In this document: piece after piece, positions 1-8,363 of the stretch
Numbering within the stretch: the stretch's first letter is position 1
How the letters are laid out: each line of letters starts with the position of its first letter
Assembly (NCBI GenBank): GCA_963801165.1
Contig: CAWDDT010000013.1
Span: forward strand, 192,001 to 256,000
Length of the DNA: 64,000 nt
DNA from: an uncultured bacterium
Lineage (GTDB): Bacteria > Actinomycetota > Acidimicrobiia > Spongiisociales > UBA5794
Direction of reading: 5' to 3'
Position numbers and translations under genes: made by a program
The notes under the pieces: model-generated
What the model was told of the DNA's origin: nothing
Database searches by the model: none
Seen by the model: the letters and a program-made list of their open reading frames with translations, nothing else

Positions 1-1
1 G

Positions 2-553
2 ATCGACAGCTGGTTCTCGTTCTTCAACGACGACCCCGACAACATACGCAACGTCGTCGACTACGGCGGCGGCGCCCTCATGGACATCGGCTGCTATTGC
101 ATCCACCTCTCCCGGCTGATCTACGGCAGCGAGCCGACCGCCATCAAAGCGACGGTGCGCAGAGACCCAGAATCGGGCGTTGATATCGCCACCGCCGGCG
201 TGCTCGAATTCGGCGACGGGATCGCCACCTTCGGCTGCTCCACCCGCGCCGAGCCCGATCAACGCGTCGACATCTACGGCACACAGGGTCGGATCGGCAT
301 CGAGATCCCGTTCAATATCCCCGCCGACCGCTCCACGCGGATCTCGATCACAGCCGGCGGGGACCCGCCGGTGGATCCCTCCGTTGTCACCCTCGAGTTC
401 GAGCCGGCGAACGAGTACACACTTCAGGCCGATGCGTTCGCAGCCGCGATCCTCGACGGTGCGTCCCTGCCCGACACCGGGGCGGATGCCGTCAACAACA
501 TCAAGGTGATCGAGCGTGTGTTTGCCGCAACCGGGCCGTCGGGATGGACCTGA
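2..553 (+). CDS. Gfo/Idh/MocA family oxidoreductase, C-terminal part (runs off the window start)
   Basis: The frame is open from base 2 and reads NIRNVVDYGGGALMDIGCY, a typical C-terminal motif, followed by ...DAVNNIKVIE. Confidence 0.85.
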   Translation: MDSWFSFFNDDPDNIRNVVDYGGGALMDIGCYCIHLSRLIYGSEPTAIKATVRRDPESGVDIATAGVLEFGDGIATFGCSTRAEPDQRVDIYGTQGRIGIEIPFNIPADRSTRISITAGGDPPVDPSVVTLEFEPANEYTLQADAFAAAILDGASLPDTGADAVNNIKVIERVFAATGPSGWT

Positions 554-600
554 GCCTCGATCCGCGAATTGAGCTGAGCTCAACGACTGTACGATCGAAG

Positions 601-1599
601 ATGGACGGAGGAAAGAACAACGTGGCATCGATTCTCGGCTTCGGCGGGTACGTCCCAGCTCGTGTCATGACGAACGACGACTGGGCGGCCATTCTCGACA
701 CCTCGGATGAGTGGATAACGACCCGTACAGGGATCAAGCAGCGCCGGTTTGCCGCAGACGATGAAGCAACCGTCGACCTGGCGGCCGCAGCCGCTGAGGT
801 TGCGATCAAAGACGCCGGGCTCACCCCCGACGACATCGATGAGATCATCGTGGCCACCGACACCCCGGAGGCTTACACCCCCGACACCGCCTCGTTCCTC
901 CAGCATCGGCTCGGATGCCGCGAGGTTCCGGCATACGACCTCGGCGGTAGTGGCTGCGCCGGCTTCATCCAGGCTCTCGACGTGGCCAGGGCGAGGATGC
1001 TGCTCGAACCGAAAACGATTCTGGTGGTCGGCGTCGAGCTCATCTCGCGCCTGATGAGCTGGGAGGATCGGTCTTTCTGTGTGCTGTTCGGCGACGCCGC
1101 CGGATCCATGGTGCTGGCACCCGACTCCGGCAAGGCTGAGCTCCTCCACGTGGTCGCAGGCACCGATGGCTCTCAGACCGACATCCTGACTCTCAAGACA
1201 GGAGGGACTCGCCACCCGTTCAACGCCGAGTCCCTGGCGAGCGGCGCCTACAACAGCCTCGACATGGACGGGCGCCGTGTGTTCCGGGAGGCCGTCCATC
1301 GCATGTGCGCCGCGGTCGACGACGTGCTCACCCACATCGGCGCCAAGATCGAGGACGTCTCTCTGGTGATCCCTCACCAGGCGAACAAGCGCATCATCGA
1401 CGCTGTCGGCCAGAGGCTCGGGGTTCCCGAAGATGCGGTGTATGTCAACGTGCAGGACTACGGAAACACGGGTTCGGCCACGGTGCCGTTTGCCCTCTGG
1501 GAGGCCCGTAACAAAGGGCTCATTCACCCCGGCGACCTGGTCGTACTCACCGCTTTCGGCGCCGGGTTCCATTGGGCGGCTGCCGCCATCAGGTTCTAG
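601..1599 (+). CDS. fabH: 3-oxoacyl-ACP synthase III (FabH family)
   Basis: DTSDEWITTRTGI, catalytic Cys in GSGCAGF, LFGDAAG, PHQAN, YGNTGSA and GAGFHW are all present. The start could be 601 (ATG) or 622 (GTG). Confidence 0.92.
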   Translation: MDGGKNNVASILGFGGYVPARVMTNDDWAAILDTSDEWITTRTGIKQRRFAADDEATVDLAAAAAEVAIKDAGLTPDDIDEIIVATDTPEAYTPDTASFLQHRLGCREVPAYDLGGSGCAGFIQALDVARARMLLEPKTILVVGVELISRLMSWEDRSFCVLFGDAAGSMVLAPDSGKAELLHVVAGTDGSQTDILTLKTGGTRHPFNAESLASGAYNSLDMDGRRVFREAVHRMCAAVDDVLTHIGAKIEDVSLVIPHQANKRIIDAVGQRLGVPEDAVYVNVQDYGNTGSATVPFALWEARNKGLIHPGDLVVLTAFGAGFHWAAAAIRF

Positions 1600-1619
1600 G
1601 AGGGTGGCGACCCGGGCCG

Positions 1620-2054
1620 CTACGATTGTGCCGCAAGCTGGGTGCGTAGCTGCCGTTTGATCCGGAAGACCATCGCCGCCATACCCCGCATCCTGAGCGG
1701 TGACACAACCTCGTCGAGACCGAGCTCGGTGTAGAAGTCGTCCTGCAGATCCAGGACCATGTCCACAGTTGCCCCCTCCAGCCCCTCGGCGAGAATGCCG
1801 GCGAATCCTCGTGTCGTCGGCGCCTCCTGGGGAGCGTCGAACCAAAGCTCGACCACCCCATCATCGGCGATGTCGACTCGCAGAAACAGCGGCGACTGGC
1901 ATTCGACGACGCGCTCGAAGCGGTCTGATCCTGCCATCCCTTCGGGTAGCGGCGGCAACCGTCGCGAGTAGTCGAGCAGCGCCTGCAGCTTCACGTTGTG
2001 GGGAACGGAGGCAAACAGGCTAACGATCTGGGCGAGTTTCTCGGGTACAGCCAT
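1620..2054 (-). CDS. sufE: SufE family sulfur-acceptor protein
   Basis: RVVECQSPLF, EAPTTRGFAGIL and SPLRMRGM motifs. The gene is divergent from a sulfurtransferase. Confidence 0.88.
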   Translation of the reverse strand: MAVPEKLAQIVSLFASVPHNVKLQALLDYSRRLPPLPEGMAGSDRFERVVECQSPLFLRVDIADDGVVELWFDAPQEAPTTRGFAGILAEGLEGATVDMVLDLQDDFYTELGLDEVVSPLRMRGMAAMVFRIKRQLRTQLAAQS

Positions 2055-2156
2055 CCCCCGACCATAGACTGAAACCGGAACGAGAAACAACGGATATCGT
2101 CGATGGAACGTGAACCGCCCACTAGATTTGGCCGCTGTAGCAACGAGGAGATCTAC

Positions 2157-3038
2157 ATGGCCGACGTTCCTCTGGACCCGGAGCCGAAGTTCGCCGCCTA
2201 CACACATCCGGAGGCTCTGGTGAGCACGGGTTGGCTGGCCGACCACCTCGCCGACGACGGGCTCGTCGTGGTCGAGAGCGACGAGGACATCCTCCTGTAC
2301 GAGACGGGCCACGTCCCGGGCGCCGTCAAGGTCGATTGGCATACCGAGCTCAACGACACCCTCATCCGCGACTACCTGTCCGGGGAGCAGTTCGCCGGCC
2401 TCATGTCGAGCAAGGGCATTTCGCGCGACGACACCATCGTCGTCTACGGCGACAATTCGAACTGGTGGGCGGCCTACGCCATGTGGGTCTTCAAGCTATT
2501 CGGCCACCCCGACGTCAGACTGCTCGACGGTGGGAGGCAGAAGTGGCTGGCCGAATGGCGCGAGATGTCCACCATCGTCCCCGATCGTCACCCAACCAAC
2601 TACCCCGTCGTCACCCGGGACGACAGCGAGATCCGTGCCCTGTTGCGGGACACACTAAGTCACGCCGGGGCGGGCCTCCCCCTCATAGATGTACGTTCAC
2701 CCGAGGAGTATTCGGGTGAACGTACCCACATGCCCGATTATCCCCAGGAAGGCGTGCTGCGCGGCGGCCACGTGCCCGGTGCGAGCAATGTCCCCTGGAA
2801 GCGGGCAGCCAACGACGACGGAACGTTCAAGGATCGGGACGAGCTCACCGCCATCTACGAGGACCAGCTCGGGCTGACCCCCGACAGCGATGTGATCACC
2901 TACTGCCGTATCGGCGAGAGGTCCAGCCACACGTGGTTCACGCTCACCTACCTGTTGGGCTTCCACAAGGTCCGCAACTACGACGGATCGTGGACCGAAT
3001 GGGGCAACGTGGTAGGGCTGCCCATCGAGAAACCCTGA
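2157..3038 (+). CDS. sseA: Thiosulfate/3-mercaptopyruvate sulfurtransferase (tandem rhodanese, SseA-like)
   Basis: GHVPGAV, LLDGGR, active-site YCRIGERS and [10 protein letters not shown] motifs. RBS GAGGAG lies upstream. Confidence 0.92.
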   Translation: MADVPLDPEPKFAAYTHPEALVSTGWLADHLADDGLVVVESDEDILLYETGHVPGAVKVDWHTELNDTLIRDYLSGEQFAGLMSSKGISRDDTIVVYGDNSNWWAAYAMWVFKLFGHPDVRLLDGGRQKWLAEWREMSTIVPDRHPTNYPVVTRDDSEIRALLRDTLSHAGAGLPLIDVRSPEEYSGERTHMPDYPQEGVLRGGHVPGASNVPWKRAANDDGTFKDRDELTAIYEDQLGLTPDSDVITYCRIGERSSHTWFTLTYLLGFHKVRNYDGSWTEWGNVVGLPIEKP

Positions 3039-3072
3039 CAGTCCTCACTCCGGGGCCGCTCCGCGTTACTCT

Positions 3073-3120
3073 CTTGTCACAGCCCATTCCGACTTGTCAC
3101 AGCCCATTCCGACTTGTCAC
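3073..3120. repeat. 20-bp tandem direct repeat (CTTGTCACAGCCCATTCCGA x2 plus CTTGTCAC)
   Basis: Read directly in the intergenic region upstream of the aminotransferase gene. Confidence 0.9.
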
Positions 3121-3141
3121 CGACCATCCTGAGGTAACAAC

Positions 3142-4263
3142 GTGCGAACCCCATTAGCTCCGCCGGAGGTCCTGCTCCTCGGCCCGGGACCGTCCAACCC
3201 TCCCGCGGAAGTTACGCGAGCGATGTCGGCTCCGCTCGTCAGCCACCTCGATCCCTACTTCCTCACCGTCATGGAAGAAACGATGGCGGACCTCCGCACG
3301 CTCTTCCGGACTGACAACCATCACACGATTCCGGTGTCGGCAACCGGTACCGGCGGTCTGGAGACGATCATCTTCAACCTGGTCGCCCCGGGCGACGAGG
3401 TTGTCGTCGGGATCGCCGGCCATTTCGGACAACGCCTTGTCGAGCTGGCGGAAGCCGCTGGTGCTGTGGTCAGACCGATCGAAGTGCCGTGGGGACAGAT
3501 CATCGACCCCGAGCAGATCGCCGCCGAACTCGACCGTGCGCCCGCCCGACTCGTCACCCTGGTGCACGCCGAGACGTCGACCGGAGCCGCCCAGCCGCTG
3601 GCCGAGATCGGGCGGATTGTCCGGGAGCACGACTCACTACTGGTCGTCGACGCCGTCACTTCGCTCGGAGGCATGGAAGTCGACGTCGACGGATGGATGA
3701 TCGACGCCGCCGCATCGTGCAGCCAGAAATGTATCGGAGCACCGCCGGGTCTGGGGCCGATCACCGTTGGGCCGCGCGCCATCGACGTCGTCCATCACCG
3801 GACCGCACCCATCGCCAGCTGGTATTTCGACCTGAACCGGCTGTTCCGGTACTGGGGCGAGGAAGGGAGCACCCGGTCGCGGGCGTTCCACCACACCGCC
3901 CCGGTGGCCAACATCTACGGATTCAGGGAGGCGCTCCGGCTCATCCACGCCGAGGGTCTCGCGACCCGGTTCCGGCGTCATCAGGATGCCCACGAGACGT
4001 TGGTGAACCGGCTCGACACGCTCGGTCTCGACTTGTTCACACCCCCGGAAAACCGGCTGCCCATGCTGAACGTCGTCTCCATCCCCGAGGGTGTGAACGA
4101 CCTGGCTGTGCGGCACGCGTTGCGGGAGCGTGGTATTGAGATCGGCGGCGCGTTTGGCCCACTCGCCGGGAAAGCGTGGCGAATCGGGCTGATGGGCGCA
4201 AACGCCACTCCGGCCGTCGTCGACCGGCTTGGCGTCGCCCTCGCCGGGGTTCTGGACCGCTAG
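3142..4263 (+). CDS. Class V PLP-dependent aminotransferase (alanine-glyoxylate/serine-pyruvate type)
   Basis: LLLGPGPS, VHAETSTG, VDAVTSLGG, the PLP lysine in SQKCIGAPPG, FHHTAP and WRIGLMG. Confidence 0.9.
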   Translation: MRTPLAPPEVLLLGPGPSNPPAEVTRAMSAPLVSHLDPYFLTVMEETMADLRTLFRTDNHHTIPVSATGTGGLETIIFNLVAPGDEVVVGIAGHFGQRLVELAEAAGAVVRPIEVPWGQIIDPEQIAAELDRAPARLVTLVHAETSTGAAQPLAEIGRIVREHDSLLVVDAVTSLGGMEVDVDGWMIDAAASCSQKCIGAPPGLGPITVGPRAIDVVHHRTAPIASWYFDLNRLFRYWGEEGSTRSRAFHHTAPVANIYGFREALRLIHAEGLATRFRRHQDAHETLVNRLDTLGLDLFTPPENRLPMLNVVSIPEGVNDLAVRHALRERGIEIGGAFGPLAGKAWRIGLMGANATPAVVDRLGVALAGVLDR

Positions 4264-4269
4264 GCGCCG

Positions 4270-5976
4270 CTACACGGGCCGCAGGGTCGGGTAATCCAGG
4301 CTCCAGATCTCGTAGTCGAGCGCGGCGTCGATCTCCGAGCAGGTCATCGCCTGACCGACCCCGCTCTCGCAGGCTTCGATAGCAACGGCCCTGGCGATCT
4401 TGCGGCTGATCGAGCGGAGGTCCGCCAGCGGCGGATACAGGACGCCCTGCGCCAGGTCCGCCTCGGCAACGAGGCCCGCCAACTCGTTGGCGGCCGCGGC
4501 AAACATCCCATCGGTCACCTTGGTCGCCCCGGTCACTATCGCACCGAGCCCCACGCCCGGGAACACGTAAACGTTGTTGCCCTGGGAAACCTGCAACACC
4601 TTGCCGCCCAGCTCCACAGGACCGAACGGGCTCCCGGTCGCCATCAGCGCTTTACCGTCGGTCCATCTGAACACATCGGCGGGGATCGCCTCCGACTTCG
4701 CCGTGGGGTTCGACAACGCCATCACGACGGGTCGCTCCACGTGCGCAGCCATGGTGCGGATGATCGACTCGGCAAAGACGCCCGGCTGGCCGGTCGTCCC
4801 GATGAGCACCGTCGGGTGCACAGTCTCGAGCACCTTCTCCAGTCCCGATGAGCCGTCGAGGCCGTTGGCCACGGCCAACTCTGCGGGCCAGGCGAGGTCA
4901 TGCTTGTGCTCATCCATCTCGCCACGGTCGAGTGCAACCAGACCGTTGGAGTCGATGAGCGTGATCGCTCGATAGAGGTCGTCGCCGGAAACACCGACTG
5001 CCTCCATCTCGTGGTGGAGGTGACGTGCGATGCCTACGCCCGCGGCCCCTGCCCCGACCAGCACCACCCGTTGGTCTGCCATCTTGGTTCCGGTCGCCCG
5101 GCAAGCAGCCAGGATCCCGGCCACGATGACCGCGGCGGTGCCCTGGATGTCGTCGTTGAAGCTGGGGAGAACGTCGCGATAGCGGTCGAGGAGGGTGTAG
5201 GCGTTGACCTTCTTGAAGTCCTCCCACTGGAGCAGCGCCCTGGGCCAGCGCCGGGAAACCGCGTCGACAAACTCGTCGATGAGCTCGTAGTACTCGTCGC
5301 CCCGAAGCCGCGGGTGACGCCATCCGGCGTACATCTCGTCGTTGAGGAGACGCTCGTTGTCTGTGCCGACGTCGAGGCTGATCGGGAGGGTGTACGCCGG
5401 GTGGATTCCGGCACCGAGCGTGTAGAGGGCAAGCTTCCCGACCGGGATGACCATCCCGCCGACACCCTGGTCCCCGAGCCCCAGGATCCTCTCGTTGTCG
5501 GTGACGACTATGAGCTTCACCTCTTCGTTTCTCGAATGGCCGAGCACATCGAAGATCCGCCCCTTGTGGTAGGGGGTGATCCACAACCCCCGGCCCCTGC
5601 GGAACAGGTGGCTGTATCCCATAGCAGCGGTGCCAACCGTCGGGGTGTAGACGATCGGAAGCAGTTCCTCAACGTGGGCCGCAAGCACCTGGTAGAAGAG
5701 TGTCTCGTTACGATCCAGCAAACCGGTCATCGACACGTACTTCTCGAGGGGGTTGTCCCCTCTGTCCTGGAGATGCTCGTAGGCGCGCCGTTCCTGATGG
5801 GCCCGATCCGTCGACTGATACGGCAACATGCCGTCCAGCTCGAAGATGTCTCGCTCCTCCTTGGTGAACGCGGTTCCCTTGTTCAAGAGAGGATCGGACA
5901 ATATGCCCGAACCGCGCTTCCATACGTCGGCAACTATCCATTCGCCGTCATCAGTGCGCTCGATGCGGTATTTCAT
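4270..5976 (-). CDS. maeA: NAD-dependent malic enzyme
   Basis: LLNKGTAF, VYTPTVG, VTDNERILGLGDQG, FNDDIQGT, GAGAAG, LSNPT and QGNNVYVFPG. Confidence 0.93.
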   Translation of the reverse strand: MKYRIERTDDGEWIVADVWKRGSGILSDPLLNKGTAFTKEERDIFELDGMLPYQSTDRAHQERRAYEHLQDRGDNPLEKYVSMTGLLDRNETLFYQVLAAHVEELLPIVYTPTVGTAAMGYSHLFRRGRGLWITPYHKGRIFDVLGHSRNEEVKLIVVTDNERILGLGDQGVGGMVIPVGKLALYTLGAGIHPAYTLPISLDVGTDNERLLNDEMYAGWRHPRLRGDEYYELIDEFVDAVSRRWPRALLQWEDFKKVNAYTLLDRYRDVLPSFNDDIQGTAAVIVAGILAACRATGTKMADQRVVLVGAGAAGVGIARHLHHEMEAVGVSGDDLYRAITLIDSNGLVALDRGEMDEHKHDLAWPAELAVANGLDGSSGLEKVLETVHPTVLIGTTGQPGVFAESIIRTMAAHVERPVVMALSNPTAKSEAIPADVFRWTDGKALMATGSPFGPVELGGKVLQVSQGNNVYVFPGVGLGAIVTGATKVTDGMFAAAANELAGLVAEADLAQGVLYPPLADLRSISRKIARAVAIEACESGVGQAMTCSEIDAALDYEIWSLDYPTLRPV

Positions 5977-6072
5977 CCAATCCTCCGGTGGGGCTGCATC
6001 TATTAGCGTGCGACACTCCCATCACCCGCGCTAGGGCCATATGTCACCGCATGATCTGCGATCATGGCCCCC

Positions 6073-6516
6073 ATGGAACCGGCGATACAGGACACATATC
6101 CGGACGAGTTCGCTCGTTGTTTCGGCTGCGGAAGACTGAACGAGCACGGCCATCATTTCCGGACACACGCCGTCGGCACGGGTACCGTGACCGAGCACGA
6201 TCCGTCGCCAGACGAAACCGGGGCCGCAGATTTCGCTTATGGGGGCCTCATCGCGAGTCTGATTGATTGCCACTCGGCCGGCTCGGCGGCGATTTTCTGG
6301 ATGCAGCGCAACGGCCTGATCGTCGGCGAGGATGCAACGCCCAGATTTGTGACCGCCCGTCTCGAGGTCGACTACGTGGCGCCGACGCCCATGACGAGGA
6401 TGCGTGTCTCCGGCTCGGCCGGCGAGATCGGGAATCGGAAGGTCATCGTCACAAGCGAGTTGACCGCCGGCGACAAGGTGACCGCACGGGGTCGCGCCGT
6501 GCTGGTACGGATCTGA
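6073..6516 (+). CDS. PaaI/hotdog-fold thioesterase
   Basis: CFGCG...NEHG, YGGLIASLIDCH and VTARLEVDY. Confidence 0.85.
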   Translation: MEPAIQDTYPDEFARCFGCGRLNEHGHHFRTHAVGTGTVTEHDPSPDETGAADFAYGGLIASLIDCHSAGSAAIFWMQRNGLIVGEDATPRFVTARLEVDYVAPTPMTRMRVSGSAGEIGNRKVIVTSELTAGDKVTARGRAVLVRI

Positions 6517-6626
6517 ACCTCGTCGGGAGGGTGCAGAAGAACTCGAGGTCAGACTCGTTGCCTGGCTCGACAACCTGGAGATATCGGGGCGTTGCGACCC
6601 TTCACCGCAAATCGACCACCAGCCCC

Positions 6627-7247
6627 CTAGTCGATTTCGAACTCGGCGTGGATCGACACAGTCACCGCCAGCTCACCCGTTTCGATCGGTGCACCACCGG
6701 CAGCGGCCACCGCCATCGCCCGCAGCGGGACCGGTCCGCCACCCTGGTGGGGCTGCTCCGAGATGGCGACGACCCTCCCCAGCACGACACCGGCGAGCTC
6801 TGCGAGCTGCCTCGCCTTGTTTCTCGTGTCATCCCAGGCATGTGTCCTCGCTTCGGCTTCCAGGCCGGCGGGATCCTGGTGCTGGAACCTCAGAGCGCGG
6901 ACGACAACGTGCTCCCCTCCGGCGCCTGTTGCCGCGTCGAGTATGTCTCCTACAGCGTCGATGTCCTCGATCTGTGCCGCCACCGTATTGACGACCCGAT
7001 AGCCGACGAACCGGCGACCGGCACCGTGGTCGTACTCGGGATTGATCGTGTAGGTGATGGTGCTGATGCGGGTGTCGGCAACACCGCTCTCGCGCAGTGA
7101 AGCGACCACCGCCGCCATGTCTGTGGCGGCTGCCGCCCGGGCGGTGGCAACGGATGAATCGACGACCTCCACACCGATGTCGACGACGGCGAGGGTAGGT
7201 GGGGCACTTGCCGTGCCCGTTCCCGATACCGCGATTGTCTGATTCAT
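6627..7247 (-). CDS. SIMPL/DUF541 domain protein
   Basis: IAVSGTG...P, I.PEYD...GYRVVN, KARQLAELAGVVLG and PIETGE. Confidence 0.85.
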   Translation of the reverse strand: MNQTIAVSGTGTASAPPTLAVVDIGVEVVDSSVATARAAAATDMAAVVASLRESGVADTRISTITYTINPEYDHGAGRRFVGYRVVNTVAAQIEDIDAVGDILDAATGAGGEHVVVRALRFQHQDPAGLEAEARTHAWDDTRNKARQLAELAGVVLGRVVAISEQPHQGGGPVPLRAMAVAAAGGAPIETGELAVTVSIHAEFEID

Positions 7248-7354
7248 GGCTCTCCCAGCTGGACCCCCGGGCAATGTCTGCCGACAACATTACCGGCCAC
7301 GGCCCGACGGAAACGACCGATGCACCGGGAGCGCCATACCGGTAGCGTGGAGGC

Positions 7355-8347
7355 GTGCGTCGCCCCTACCGGCCCCTTCTGATAGCGCTATCTGCTCTGG
7401 GTGTGTTCGCCTTCGTCTCGGTGTTGATCGGCGCGGGTGGCTGGGGGCGGCCCGCGGCGAACGAGCAGGCGATCGGCGAGGTATCACGCTGGTGCGAACG
7501 GGTCAGCGGTGGATTCCTCCGCGAGCCGATCAACACACTCGCCAATCTCGGCTTCGTGATCTCCGGGCTGGCGATGCTCTTCGTTCTTGCCCGGGATCAG
7601 GCTGCCGGCAGGTCGGCGCAGAATCGGATGATCGGGACAACGTCGATTGCACTCCTCTATGCGGGGGCAACGGTGTTTCTCGGGCCGGGATCGATGGTGA
7701 TGCACGGCACCCACACCTTCTTCGGCGCCTGGCTCGACAACGTGTCAATGGTCGCCTTCATCACCATCCCGTGGCTGTTCAACGTCTCGGTGATGGCAGG
7801 ATGGAGTGAACGCACGATGTTCGTGCTGTACGCGTCCATCCTCGGCACGTACGGCGCGGGATACTGGTTTATTGGCCCGGATCTCGGCATCGGATTCGAG
7901 CTGTTCCGCGTTTCGGTCCCTCTCTGGCTGGTGTCGGAGTTCGTCTACCGCTTCTGGTCACCCACGGTGCGCTGGCTCTCGGGCGCTGTGGGTTTTGCGG
8001 TTGCCGCCGCCTTCGGGATCTCCCCCGCTCATATGCTGACGAACATAGGCGAGTATTGGTGGTTCCCGCTCCTCTGGCTGCCCGGGCTGGTAGCGCACAA
8101 CGCTCCGGGGTCGCGGCGCACGTACACACCGTGGTTCTTTGCGGGTGTCGGATCGTTCCTAGCGGCGTACGCCATCTGGCAGACGGGACACGCTGATCAT
8201 CCCTGGTGCCGTCCGGACTCGCTGCTCCAGGCCCATGCGATCTGGCATCTCCTCGGCGCCGTGGCGACATGGTGTTTCTTCCGTTTCCTCCGCACCGAGC
8301 ATCGTCTTCGCTCCCCCCATGACGCCATACCGGAGCTGTTGCGATAG
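7355..8347 (+). CDS. Ceramidase-like (CREST superfamily) multi-pass membrane hydrolase
   Basis: WCE...EPINTLANLGF, GSMVMH (SxxxH), LDNVSM, HAIWH and many hydrophobic segments. Confidence 0.75.
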   Translation: MRRPYRPLLIALSALGVFAFVSVLIGAGGWGRPAANEQAIGEVSRWCERVSGGFLREPINTLANLGFVISGLAMLFVLARDQAAGRSAQNRMIGTTSIALLYAGATVFLGPGSMVMHGTHTFFGAWLDNVSMVAFITIPWLFNVSVMAGWSERTMFVLYASILGTYGAGYWFIGPDLGIGFELFRVSVPLWLVSEFVYRFWSPTVRWLSGAVGFAVAAAFGISPAHMLTNIGEYWWFPLLWLPGLVAHNAPGSRRTYTPWFFAGVGSFLAAYAIWQTGHADHPWCRPDSLLQAHAIWHLLGAVATWCFFRFLRTEHRLRSPHDAIPELLR

Positions 8348-8363
8348 GAAAGTGGCGAGCGTG

